Numbered from the stretch's first letter, positions 31,889 to 42,982 are shown. The stretch is 64,000 nucleotides of DNA from an uncultured Rivularia sp. (GCA_963665115.1 OY762007.1:1376001-1440000); one strand, 5' to 3'. The notes: generated by a model not told the origin, from the letters alone. Translations and numbers: made by a program.

Positions 31889-34481
31889 ATGAATATAAAA
31901 AAAAAGCTTTTAAGATCAATTAGTTTAAGTCTGGCATTAGCAATAACTACGTCATTATTAATTACAATATTTTCTCCTGTATCGGCACAAGAGAATATAA
32001 AATCTATATCTCAAACCTCCTTGATTGCGAACGACAAAGCGAATCTACCTCAAATGCAATTTGACTTGGGTAAAGTCTTATTTGAAAAAGCAGACTTTGG
32101 TAAAGCGGCTGAAGTTTGGCGGGATGCTGCTGCTGGTTTTGAACGTCAGGGAGATAAAATCAATCAAGCTTGGAGTCTGAGTCTTGTTTCTTTAGCTTTG
32201 CAGAATCTGGGAGAAACTACAACAAGCCCAAACAGCTATCGATAAAAGTTTGATGTTGCTGCAAAACCAAAAAGGTAATACTGAAGTTTTGGCAGTAGCT
32301 CTCAATACTAAAGGAAGTTTAAAAATTAAAATGGGGCAAGCCAACGAAGCCCTCAAAGCTTGGAAAGAAGCAGAACGCATTTACATAAAGCTCCATGACA
32401 ACGATGGTAAAATAGGTAGTCAAATTAACCAAGCCCAAGCACTACAAGCAATGGGATTTTATCGGCGATCGCAAAAGTTGTTGGAGTCGGTAAATCAGAC
32501 TTTACTTTCCCAGCCAGATTCTCAATTAAAGGTTCAAGGTTTGCAAACTTTGGGAGTGGCTTTACAACTGGTGGGAGATTTGAGTAAATCTCAGGAAGTT
32601 TTAAAGCAAAGTTTAACTATATCCGAACGTCTTTCTCTCGATACCAGCGATATTTTATTTAGTTTGGGAAACACCGCTAGAGATTTAAAGCAAACTGAAG
32701 CAGCTTTTAATTACTATCAACAAGCAGCAAATAACCCAAAAAATCCTTTCATACAAGTTGAAGCGCGACTCAACCAACTGAGCTTACATATCGAACAGTC
32801 ACAATGGCAGCAAGCTTTTAGTCTACTACCACAAATTCAATCCCAGTTAGATACCATTCCTCCCAGTCGCAGTTCGATTTACGCCCTAGTCAATCTTAGC
32901 AAAAGTCTTTCCAAATTAATGCAGGCTCCCGGCGCTAAAGCTTCCCTAAATCAAGATGCAGCAAGAATTTTAGCCAGTGCGATCGAACAAGCAGAAACCC
33001 TTAAAGACTCACGCTCTCAAGCATACGCTTTAACTCAACTAGGAAGCTTATACGAACAAACAAATCAATTCAGCGAAGCCTTAAAACTTTCCCGTCAAGC
33101 TTTACAAATAGCTCAAAATATAAATGCTTCTGACATCACTTATCAAGCAGCTTGGCAAGTTGGACGAATTCTTAAAAATAAAGGAAAAAATCAAGAGGCA
33201 ATTTCAGCTTACGATTCGTCGATCAAAATTCTGAAAACTCTACGCAGCGACTTAGTAGCAATCAACCGAGACGTACAATTCGACTTCCAAGAAAGCGTAG
33301 AACCAGTTTACCGCCAATTCGTTGACTTATTATTACAACCCGAATCATCTCTAACCAAAGGAATCTCCCAAAAAAATCTCAAACAAGCCCGCAATACCCT
33401 CGAAGCACTACAGCTAGCCGAACTAGATAACTTCTTCCGCGAAGCTTGTATCGATGCAAAACCAGAACAAATCGATCGAATCGACAAAACAGCAGCAATA
33501 ATTTACCCAATTATTTTAGATAACCGTTTGGAAGTAATCGCATCAATTCCCGGCAAACCTTTAACCAGCTACAAAACTAATTTACCAGAAGCAAAGATCG
33601 AGGCGACAATTAAGCGATTAAGATTCTCCTTAAACCCTGCTTACTCGCAACAACAAAGATTAAAAGTATATCAACAAGCATACGACTGGTTAATTAAACC
33701 GATAGAAACAGACTTAGCAGCAAACAACATCAAAACCCTAGCATTCGTATTAGATGGTTCCATGCGAAACATCCCGATGGCTGCTTTATACGATGGCAAA
33801 CAATACCTCGTAGAAAAGTATAGCGTTGCTCTATCTCCGGGATTGCAGCTAATGCAAGCGCGACAATTGAAAGGTAATAACCTCAACGTAATTGCAGCAG
33901 GATTAAGCGAAGCCCGTCAAGGATTCAAAGCCCTACCTGGCGTAAAATCAGAAGTAAAAGAAATATCGAACCAGGTAAAATCAACCTTGCTTGTCAACGA
34001 AAGTTTTACCGACAAAAACTTAGCAAAAAGTATTAAAACAACTCCATTTTCAATCTTACATTTAGCCACCCACGGGCAATTTAGCAGCAACTCAGAAGAG
34101 ACTTTTATACTTACCTGGGATGGAAAAATAAACGTCAAACAACTCAGCGAATTTCTCCGCTTCCGAGACTTGTCCGAATCCGAACCAGTAGAATTAATGG
34201 TACTCAGCGCTTGTCAGACAGCCAAAGGCGACAAACGAGCCATATTAGGATTAGCAGGAGTAGCAGTACGTTCCGGCGCACGCAGCACATTAGCTACATT
34301 GTGGGCAGTAAAGGACGAATCCACAGCCAAATTTATGGTTGAATTTTACAAACAACTTAATAAACCAGGAATTAGTAAAGCCGAAGCCCTACGACAAACT
34401 CAAATAACTTTTTTAAGAGACGAAACCTTAACCCACCCCTTTTATTGGGCACCGTTTATATTAGTTGGGAATTGGATTTAA
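31889..34481 (+). CDS. exported TPR-CHAT (caspase-like peptidase) protein, +1 frameshift
   Basis: Signal peptide, TPRs, LHLATHG, LSACQTA.GD, HPFYWAPF; removing one A at 32214-32216 joins the two ORFs (QNLGELQQAQTAIDKSLMLL). Confidence 0.9.
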
Positions 34482-34590
34482 TTGGGCATAAGGGATTGGT
34501 AATTGGTAATTGGTAATTGGTAATTGATAATTGAGTAGCTAGTAATTCTTGTTTATGATAGTAGGAATGTAAATACAAATTCCTCAATCC

Positions 34591-35445
34591 ATGCAGGCAA
34601 TAAATGGCATCAGTCAACGCGAACTTTGTGAGTTGTTAGGGCTGGATTATCAAGCCGTTGCAGCTTCAGCCAAAGAGCAGGGAATAAGTCAAAATGCTTA
34701 TCTTCAACAAGAAACTGGCTGGGTTTTCAAAGACGAACTTTATTATCCACCAGATACGGATAGGGAAACCGAAACCGCTCAAAACAAACCAAAATCCCCA
34801 TCCCGACGCAAAAAATGGGTTGATATTTTGGGATTTGTTTGTGTGGGAATCGCTCTGGTTGGGGCCATAACTTTTGTCAATCAGGTGGGTATTGAGCAAA
34901 TTCGTGCCAATGTAGATAAATTAGGAATTTGGGCACCTATTGCTTTATTATTGCTGCGAACGGTAAGCGTTGTGATTCCGGCAATTCCTAGTACCGCTTA
35001 TTCGGTTTTAGCAGGTACTTTATTTGGCTTTTGGAAAGGAATTATTGTAATTTTCATCGCCGATTTTGCTGCTTGCTGTTTAAATTTTTATATTGCTAAA
35101 CGTTTTGGTCGTAAAATTGTCCAAAGGTTTGTCGGGGAAAGGTTTATAGATAAAGTTGATAATCTTGCATCGAAGCATCTTGAAGATAATATCTTTTTAG
35201 TAGCTGGATTTTTGATGACTGGATTATTTGATTTTGTTTGCTACGCTGTCGGGCTTACGGAAATGCCTTGGCATAAATTTATCCCAGCTTTGATTTTAGG
35301 AATAGTAGTTTCCACACCTCCGATTGTTGCTTTGGGTGCTGGTGTATTCAATCAAGCAAGATGGATGCTCGTACTTGCGATGTTGGGTATGTTTGGTTTG
35401 GCTATTTTTACGGGATGGTTGAATAAGAAACGCAGTAAAAGTTAG
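34591..35445 (+). CDS. TVP38/TMEM64 (VTT/DedA) membrane protein with extra N-terminal domain
   Basis: SVVIPAIP...AG.LFG, FYIAKRFG, FDFVCYAVGLT. Confidence 0.88.
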   Translation: MQAINGISQRELCELLGLDYQAVAASAKEQGISQNAYLQQETGWVFKDELYYPPDTDRETETAQNKPKSPSRRKKWVDILGFVCVGIALVGAITFVNQVGIEQIRANVDKLGIWAPIALLLLRTVSVVIPAIPSTAYSVLAGTLFGFWKGIIVIFIADFAACCLNFYIAKRFGRKIVQRFVGERFIDKVDNLASKHLEDNIFLVAGFLMTGLFDFVCYAVGLTEMPWHKFIPALILGIVVSTPPIVALGAGVFNQARWMLVLAMLGMFGLAIFTGWLNKKRSKS

Positions 35446-35483
35446 ATGTTTCACGCTTGATAGAATACAAACTCAACCTCTTG

Positions 35484-37883
35484 ATTAAACTCAACGAGGT
35501 TGTCACCAACCCCGTTGGTCTTCAAAACCGGACATGAAACTTTCACTTCATCCGGCTCCTCAATATCTCGGTGCTTGTTACACACACCTCGTACCGCGCT
35601 TATCTGTGGCGGTTTTTTCATCGTGGCAATGTCGATGTAATAATTGGAAATTTTTGTATTCATCCTTACCACCTTGAAAGCGGGGAATGATATGGTCGAT
35701 TTCCATTAAATCATCTTCTTTAAAGTAGAGTCCACAATGAGAACATTTACCTTTTTGCTTTTTGAGAAGTAATGAAATTCTCTTGTTAGCTTCCGGGTGT
35801 TTTCCCATTCTGGAACTCCAGTAGACCCAATCTCCGTCAAAAGGACTTCTTTTTGCTTGCACTTTTATATGCCTTAAAATAGAAGTTTCTGTATGTCGGG
35901 AAATCTTTTTAAATGAGTCTTTTTCAGTCTTTGCGAATCTCCAACCACCACCTTTATCAATCAGCCAGTATTTGTTAGATATCCAATATTGGCTTTTTGT
36001 TGGGTGGCGGTGAACTGCCCAGTTTTTTAATTGCTGGTACATCCAGTTATCTAGCGTCGAATATGCCTCACTACTTACTACTGAGGAAAAATAATTAGAC
36101 CATCCCGTTATTACCGGATTGAGTTCATTAATAAGTTTCAACTGTGTTGATGCTTTATGAACGTTGATGATTTTCTTAATTTTCTGTCGGTGTTTCTTAA
36201 GGCTTTCGTTACTAGGTTTGATAAGTGTTTTAAACCCAAGTGGTTTTCCAACAGTGTTCTTTCCTGATTGATATTTCCCAACCGGAAACTGCCTGATGGT
36301 GTGTCCCAAGAAGTTGAAACCCGTGCTTCCCTCATACTCTATGGTGTGAGAAATTCTTGTTTTACTAGGTTTAAGTTCTAGTCCCACTTCTTTTAACCAT
36401 TCAGATATTATTATTTGACATTGCTGTACTACCTCTAAATCTTCGTGTAAAATTACGAAGTCATCGGCAAAGCGAATTAGATGAGCGGCATTACGACGGG
36501 CTGCCACTTTGTTCTTTTCCCAGAAAACCTTTTCCGGAAAAGCTTGTCTAATTCGTTCTTCCATTCCATGAAGGGCAATGTTTGCTAATAATGGCGAACA
36601 AATGCCACCTTGTGGTGTACCTTCTTCTGTTGGAAATAGCTTTTTACTGTCTATCACCCCTGACTTTAGCCATGCTTTAATTTGACGGCGTATAGTAGGG
36701 GAGGTATTCAGTTTTGTCAATAATTTTGAATGGTCAATTCGGTCAAAACATTTCGCAATATCCGCGTCAAGCACATATTTGGCTTTAGTTTTTATTGCTA
36801 AAAATATCGCGCCGATTGCATCATGGGGTGAACGTCCCGGTCTAAAACCGTATGAATTTGGCTCAAATTTAGCTTCCCATTCGGGTTCCAGAGCCATTTT
36901 CACTAATGCTTGTAATGAGCGGTCTTTTATTGTGGGTATTCCTAAAGGGCGTTTTTCATCTGTTCCCGGTTTAGGAATCCAAATTCTACGTGTAGGTTTG
37001 GATTTTCCGGTTAAATTTAATCGCCTAACTAGCTTTAAACGTGCTTCTGGGGATAGTAGTTTAATCCCATCCACTCCTGCCGTCTTTTTACCAGTATTAT
37101 CTTGTGTTACCCGACGTACCGCTAAACATTTTGATGACCAAGACCTTATCAAAGTTCTTTGGAGTCGCCTGACTGTTTTGACATCGCCACGTTCTGAGGC
37201 TTTGAATATGCGTTTTTGCAGCTTAAAAACTCTCCTTTCTAGCTTACGCCAGGGGATGTTTTTCCATTCCATCATCGGGTTTTCAATCCGTGCTTTAGAC
37301 ATATATACTGCTACTCATACCTATTCAATCCAAGACATCGTGTCTACGTCTGCTTATCCCAATAATTACTTTGGGCATTGGCTTCTTAGACAATCTTTCC
37401 GCCTTGTTGCATCCGGTTAGTACCTACTCATGGTTTCGACCTACACATGAGAGCGAACAAGGGGTTACTTCGTTCCTGATAATCGTTAGTTGAATCGTTA
37501 GGATGATGCTCTTTGCCGGGTTTATTGGGAGTGCATATTGGTCGGAAGTGTAACCGCCAATCCCGTTATCCTTTACCTTTTGGTTATAGCCTATCAGCTT
37601 TATTTGGCTATTGACCTGTGACGACAATTCGGACACATCTTTGCTTTTGCTATCCATAGATTCATGCTCGATGGGAACCAGATTAAGCTTCCAGTTTTAC
37701 CACCTTTTCACCCCGCTTTACGGATTGATGACTAGTCGCTACCGTAGGGGTGATGCTGTTACCCCGGCACCTGGGGAGAAGGACTTACACCTTCACGATT
37801 ATCAAGTTGTCAAGGTTCAGTTTTTATCCTTTCCTTGCCACCCGTCCCTGAGTTTTTGCTCATTTAGGATGAACGAATCGCAC
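35484..37883 (-). mobile_element. complete group II intron (IIB/chloroplast-like class), 2400 nt
   Basis: 5' end GTGCGATTCGTT at 37883; domain V GAGCCGGATGAAGTGAAAGTTTCATGTCCGGTTT at about 35525-35558; domain VI with bulged A; 3' end ...GTTTAAT at 35484; intact RT ORF. Confidence 0.92.
35578..37302 (-). CDS. ltrA: group II intron reverse transcriptase/maturase with HNH endonuclease
   Basis: TAGVDG, RPLGIPT..DR, SYGFRPGR, DADIAKCFD, GTPQGG, RFADD, GW.NYF (domain X), CSHC...IDHIIP...LLHRHCH. Confidence 0.96.
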   Translation of the reverse strand: MSKARIENPMMEWKNIPWRKLERRVFKLQKRIFKASERGDVKTVRRLQRTLIRSWSSKCLAVRRVTQDNTGKKTAGVDGIKLLSPEARLKLVRRLNLTGKSKPTRRIWIPKPGTDEKRPLGIPTIKDRSLQALVKMALEPEWEAKFEPNSYGFRPGRSPHDAIGAIFLAIKTKAKYVLDADIAKCFDRIDHSKLLTKLNTSPTIRRQIKAWLKSGVIDSKKLFPTEEGTPQGGICSPLLANIALHGMEERIRQAFPEKVFWEKNKVAARRNAAHLIRFADDFVILHEDLEVVQQCQIIISEWLKEVGLELKPSKTRISHTIEYEGSTGFNFLGHTIRQFPVGKYQSGKNTVGKPLGFKTLIKPSNESLKKHRQKIKKIINVHKASTQLKLINELNPVITGWSNYFSSVVSSEAYSTLDNWMYQQLKNWAVHRHPTKSQYWISNKYWLIDKGGGWRFAKTEKDSFKKISRHTETSILRHIKVQAKRSPFDGDWVYWSSRMGKHPEANKRISLLLKKQKGKCSHCGLYFKEDDLMEIDHIIPRFQGGKDEYKNFQLLHRHCHDEKTATDKRGTRCV

Positions 37884-37975
37884 ACACTCCCCATGTCTAA
37901 AGACAAGGGGATTCTTAGTTCGCAGGGACACCAAATGTGGTGAAGTACTACTACTCCGCCACATTAATTTTGATG
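37884..37975 (-). mobile_element. right-end remnant of an IS200/IS605-family element (omega-RNA-like), interrupted by the intron
   Basis: Minus strand GAACTAAGAATCCCCTTGTCTTTAGACATGGGGAGTGT joined to CAA (35483-35481) rebuilds a subterminal hairpin plus GTGTCAA end; no tnpA/tnpB in the window; left boundary uncertain. Confidence 0.7.
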
Positions 37976-38481
37976 GTACTGTTGACATAAAGAATCTTTT
38001 CACCATATTATTTCGTGTTGAAAAGATATTTTTTAAGATAGAAATACTTTTGTGTTTTAAGAGATTTATAGTAACAACTATTAAGCTAGATCGGTAATTT
38101 AACGTATAAATAATCGATCGTTAAATGCTCGCTAAATCTGATACAAATATCACTGTTAAATGGTGATAAATTTAATATATATAAAAGTGTAGTTTTTTAA
38201 TATTGTAGGATATTCCTCTTTAATCGCTCGTTATAAATAGATTAAGGAGCCTACTTGTACAATAAAATAATCAGTGATAATGGTGCGTTGGGCACCAAAA
38301 TACATATTTCACAATCCGAATTAGCTCTCACTCCATAACACAATGGCAATCTTAAGGTTCGTAAATCTACATCCGAACACTTGCTATCTTTTTGCGGAAA
38401 CGCTCCGCTAACAACCATAGTGTTCTTCGCCAATTTACCAATTACCAATTACCAATTACCCATTACCCATTACCCTTTATC

Positions 38482-40332
38482 GTGTTAATTTGCCAAGTTC
38501 CTAATTGTTCAAATCCCTTCAATGTAGAAGGTAATAAACATTGTATCAGTTGTGGAGGAAGCAATTTTGGTAAATTTTTGAGGAACCGTTATCGCGTATT
38601 AAAATTGTTGGGAGAAGGTGGTTTTAGTAAAACTTATGCTGCTGTTGATGCAGATAGATTAGATGCACCTTGCGTTATTAAGCAGTTTTTCCCTCAAGTG
38701 CAAGGAACGAAAGCACGGGCTAAAGCAGCTCAGTTATTTCGAGAAGAAGCATTTCGTTTGTACGATTTGGGCGAAAATCATTGGCAAATTCCCAGATTAT
38801 TGGCTTTCTTTGAACAAGGTTCGAGTCTGTATTTGGTGCAGGAGTTAATTGAAGGGCAAACTCTTCTAGATGAACTTGATGATTTTACTTTTGATGAGGA
38901 ACGAATTAGAGGAATTTTGACCGATTTATTGCCAGTTTTAAATTTTATTCATTCTAATAAAGTAATTCATCGCGATATCAAACCCGAAAACATTATTCGT
39001 CGCAAGAGCGACGGAAAACTGGTATTAATTGACTTCGGTGGAGCAAAGCAAGTTACACAAACAAGTTTAGCAAGACAAGCTACAGTAATTTATACGATTG
39101 GTTATGCACCTGCCGAACAAATGGCTGGATTTGTATTTCCCGCAAGCGATTTATATGCTTTGGGGGTAACTTGCGTAAGGCTTTTAACTAAATGTTTACC
39201 TTTTCCAGATGATAGCGGACAATTTGATGACCGTATTTATGATGCCATGAATGGTGAATGGTTGTGGCGAAATATTCTACAAGAAAAAGGTATTACAATT
39301 AGCGAGCAATTAGGAAGAATTTTAGATAAATTGCTGCAACATTTAGTTAAAAATCGATATCAATCGGCAGCAGAAGTACTTGAAGATTTAGAACTTGAAA
39401 AATTAAAGTCGCCATTACCATCCAATAAAAAGCTTGAAACTTCAACAATTTTCCAAGCAGTTTCATCAATACCACAACCAGCATCACCCAGCTTGCAAAG
39501 CTTTGAATTTAATGTGGTAAAAGTAGACGAAACGGGTAGTTTAATTAAACGCTGGCGTAGAAAAGCAGACTTATTTATACAAAATTTGGTTGGTGAAATA
39601 AACCTGGAAATGATATCAATTCCCGGCGGTAGCTTTATCATGGGTTCGCCTTTGAATGAAGGAGATACAGACGAACGTCCGCAACATATCGTCACTTTAA
39701 AACCATTTTTTATGGGTAAATACCCAATAACTCAAGCTCAATGGAAAGCCGTCGCATCATTACCAAAAGTCAATCGTGCTATAAATCCCAACCCATCAAA
39801 ATTTAAAGGTGGGATTTTACCAGTTGAAAACGTATCTTGGTACGAAGCACAGGAATTTTGTGCGAGACTGCGAGAAAAAACCGGACGAGAATATCGTTTA
39901 CCCAGCGAAGCAGAATGGGAATATGCTTGCCGTGCAGGTACTAGCACCCCCTTTAACTTCGGTAAAAGCATTAATCCCGAATTGATCAACTGCAACATCG
40001 ATAAATATCATTCAATAGAAGCAATAAAAAAACACTATAAACAACCAAAACCCGTAGGCAGCTCCGGGCTAGCTAACGACTTTGGATTATACGATATGCA
40101 CGGGCAGGTATGGGAATGGTGCGCCGATCCTTGGCATAAAAATTACGAGAAAGCACCCACAGACGGAGCCGTTTGGCACTCCGGTGGAGACTTACATCGT
40201 CGAGTACTTCGCGGAGGCTCGTGGAATTTCAGTTCCTATTGTTGCCGTAGCGCTAGTCGTAGCTGGAACGAAACTGAAGGAGGGTTGAGGATGTGCGGTT
40301 TTCGATTGGTTGTTGGGAATGGGCATTGTTAA
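38482..40332 (+). CDS. Ser/Thr protein kinase fused to a formylglycine-generating-enzyme (SUMF1) domain
   Basis: 4-Cys prefix (C...C...C..CG), LGEGGF, HRDIKPEN, DFG; RLPSEAEWEYACRAG, GLYDMHG.VWEW. Confidence 0.93.
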   Translation: MLICQVPNCSNPFNVEGNKHCISCGGSNFGKFLRNRYRVLKLLGEGGFSKTYAAVDADRLDAPCVIKQFFPQVQGTKARAKAAQLFREEAFRLYDLGENHWQIPRLLAFFEQGSSLYLVQELIEGQTLLDELDDFTFDEERIRGILTDLLPVLNFIHSNKVIHRDIKPENIIRRKSDGKLVLIDFGGAKQVTQTSLARQATVIYTIGYAPAEQMAGFVFPASDLYALGVTCVRLLTKCLPFPDDSGQFDDRIYDAMNGEWLWRNILQEKGITISEQLGRILDKLLQHLVKNRYQSAAEVLEDLELEKLKSPLPSNKKLETSTIFQAVSSIPQPASPSLQSFEFNVVKVDETGSLIKRWRRKADLFIQNLVGEINLEMISIPGGSFIMGSPLNEGDTDERPQHIVTLKPFFMGKYPITQAQWKAVASLPKVNRAINPNPSKFKGGILPVENVSWYEAQEFCARLREKTGREYRLPSEAEWEYACRAGTSTPFNFGKSINPELINCNIDKYHSIEAIKKHYKQPKPVGSSGLANDFGLYDMHGQVWEWCADPWHKNYEKAPTDGAVWHSGGDLHRRVLRGGSWNFSSYCCRSASRSWNETEGGLRMCGFRLVVGNGHC

Positions 40333-40933
40333 GAGTAGAAAGTAGAGAGTAGAGAGTTAATCACTTTTTATTATTGTCATAAATGTCGCTACTCATTACT
40401 CATTACTCATTACTTTCTTATACTTATCTGCTGAAATTGGGAAACCTATAATTAAGCGATTTTGTATACAAATTTATGAATAAACCTTTGGCAAATAAAT
40501 ATAAGTCAGCGGTTGCTTTTAGTGCTTCATTTTCAAGTTTATCCCAATTCGACAGAAGCCATTGAAAAGGAAATTAGGTATGACAGAAGAAGTACGCGCA
40601 AAAATTTTCAATCCCTTCTATACAACAAAACCAGTCGGAAAAGGGACTGGTTTAGGGTTAGCAATTAGTTATCAAGTTGTTGTTGATAGACACCACGGAG
40701 AGTTGAACCGTTCTTCCACTCCGGGAGAAGGTACGGAATTTGCGATCGAGATTCCGGTTAAGCAGGTGAGTGGGTGAGGGGGAGATGGGGAGACAAGAGG
40801 ACATTATTAAAGTAGTGAGTAATGAGTAATAAGTAGTGAGTAGCGACATTTATGACAATAATAAAAAGTGATTAACTCTCTACTCTCTACTCTCTACTCT
40901 CTACTCTCTACTCTTAACAATGCCCAATTCCCA
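40314..40933. repeat. about 100-125 bp inverted repeat arms (40314-40416 and 40809-40933)
   Basis: 54-nt identical core GTAGAGAGTAGAGAGTTAATCACTTTTTATTATTGTCATAAATGTCGCTACTCA in opposite orientations. Confidence 0.9.
40562..40777 (+). pseudogene. orphan HATPase C-terminal fragment of a histidine kinase
   Basis: GMTEEV..KIF.PFYTTKPVGKGTGLGL...PGEGTEF.IEIP only; no H-box or N-box. Confidence 0.75.
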
Positions 40934-40936
40934 TTC

Positions 40937-41911
40937 TTAAACCAATTTCAAGTCAGCATACTCGGCTAATAAATCATCGCTGGTTAAGGTGTCACCATTA
41001 GCTTGGGGTGTCCACAATATCTCGAATGCGAGCAGTTTATCGCTGGGAATACCGCCAAATTGACTTAGTGCTTGACGCAAATCGTCGGAACTGTTGATGT
41101 TGGGAATTTCGGTTTTACCTAAAGTTGCTGCGAGTAAGGTAACAACTATATATTCTCCGGGACCTTGGGTAATTAAATCGGTGGGATTTTCTAGTTCTCC
41201 GGTGGATGGTAAAGCGTTTTTGGCTGTAGCAGATTTCAACTGGTTGTTGACGTTGGTTAATGTTTCTTCACTAAACTTGCTACGCTCTGCTAAGGATAAA
41301 CGGTTAAATTCTGATTCTGCTGAATTCAAACGTGCTTGTTTTGTACCGCCTCCTGCATAAACCCAATATTCGGGGTGACGCATTAAAGCAAGACTGGCTT
41401 CTTGTAATACTTGCGCTCTACCAATTGAGGACTCGGTATCGGCAGTTTCGGCAAGGTGATTTAGCTCGGTTTGTAGATCGCGGGCTTGAGCTAATAAGCC
41501 TACCTGCAAGCGAGTTACGGAAATTTGAGGGTTGCTGCTGTAGCCCATTTCTTCCCCTCCATCGCTAGCAACTCTACGGAAGGTTTGTACTGCAAAGTTA
41601 GCTAAAGCAAAGAAAATTAAGATCCCAAATAAACCTCCGAATCCTCCACCTATACCTATAAAGGGGAATAGGAAAGGAAAACCAAATCCACCTCCGGGAT
41701 AACCTCGATATCCACCTCCGGGAGGAGCATATGTGCGAGGAGATGAGTAACCACGGCTTGAAGGCATTCTGAAGGAACCGCCCCCAATTCTTCCTCCGCT
41801 ACCACGGGCTAAGGCTCCGGGTGCTTGGCTAAATACCAATGTAAACGCGAGGAACAGAACTAAGAGGGGTTTGGAAAGCCGTTTGATGGCATTTTGTAGT
41901 TTTTTACGCAT
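40937..41911 (-). CDS. DUF1517 domain protein
   Basis: Signal peptide, SGGRIGGGSF, Gly-rich TM, LQVGLL, EILWTPQ...D.L. Confidence 0.9.
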   Translation of the reverse strand: MRKKLQNAIKRLSKPLLVLFLAFTLVFSQAPGALARGSGGRIGGGSFRMPSSRGYSSPRTYAPPGGGYRGYPGGGFGFPFLFPFIGIGGGFGGLFGILIFFALANFAVQTFRRVASDGGEEMGYSSNPQISVTRLQVGLLAQARDLQTELNHLAETADTESSIGRAQVLQEASLALMRHPEYWVYAGGGTKQARLNSAESEFNRLSLAERSKFSEETLTNVNNQLKSATAKNALPSTGELENPTDLITQGPGEYIVVTLLAATLGKTEIPNINSSDDLRQALSQFGGIPSDKLLAFEILWTPQANGDTLTSDDLLAEYADLKLV

Positions 41912-42982
41912 GATACAGTCAGTTAAAAACGATATTATCTATAGTTGATGTTGATGCCAATTTTATTAACAATTTAAAGGATATATTCTTTAATTTTGCT
42001 TGCTGTCTTCCGTTCTTAACAGCGCGGCTGATTGGCACTTTTACTTTTACTTTTAGTTGCTTTACTGGCTACATATTTAATTTATCGCTTCTGACTATGG
42101 TTAGACAGTGACCCTTGGAGGGAAATCCACTGTAGATAACCGTACCTTAATAGTTCAACAGAACGAGCATAACTTCACTTTTTTTTAGCTAACCGCTTGC
42201 TCTTAATCAATTTAGTGGTAGTAATAGCCACTTTTTACTATCTTGTTATGTCATTCAGTACTTATCTATATTGATATTTGTAATGAGAAGGACTGAAAGC
42301 AATCTACTAGTATATTTTATTACCTCTTGTTTCTAAGAGATTTATGTATCTAGGAATACAATTATATTTAAAATTTTGATGAAGTAAGATTAATTAAATT
42401 TTAGCTAATTATAACAGCACTACGCAGGAGCAACCGTAAATACACTATTCTAGACATTGATAACTCCTTAACTTGGCTGTTTGAAGCGATATTTTTCTAA
42501 GTACTGTATAAGAAATATTACTCTCCGTATTAAATTTGTGTGTAGCAAGCTTGTTATGCAAGTGGCGATTACTAATTTATTTGCGCGTGAGTTTACTGAT
42601 TCGGTCAACAAGCTTTTTTTCTCTGGCATTACGTATATAGACTATTTTTGAGTTAACATCAAGCAAGTATATCTTTCAGGTAAATTATGAACGTAATTAT
42701 TTGTAAGTAGTAATTCTTATTTATATCGATCTAACTATACTAAACGTAAATGCAGTATCGCTTACCGGAGGATAAATCTACTTTTATTTGGGGTTGGCAT
42801 CAATAGCTTTGGGCAGACAGCTTTAAGAGTGGAAAACTAGCGTACAAGCTTATTATTCAAGCAATTTGTAATCCTTGAATGCTATACCTTTCCTAGACTA
42901 AAGCGTGGTTATCAAGATATTAACGTTGCACCATCCCTTGTGGATCAACGTGTTTGTCAAGTATCAGAAGGGTGAAAAGCTA

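Noticed and set aside
35469..35495. AAACTCAAC present in both the intron end and the flank as a target-site duplication
   Set aside because: Group II introns do not create target duplications; a 9-mer match in AT-rich DNA is plausibly chance.
36455..36475. FADD instead of YADD as a sign of an inactive RT
   Set aside because: Both catalytic aspartates are intact and Phe at this position is a tolerated variant.
35451..37943. ORFs 35451-35672, 36779-37420, 37424-37657 and 37611-37943
   Set aside because: Shadow frames over intron RNA domains or antisense to the RT.
41990..42150. Possible riboswitch upstream of DUF1517
   Set aside because: Only short stems (ACAGTG/CACTGT); no aptamer consensus that I can recognise.
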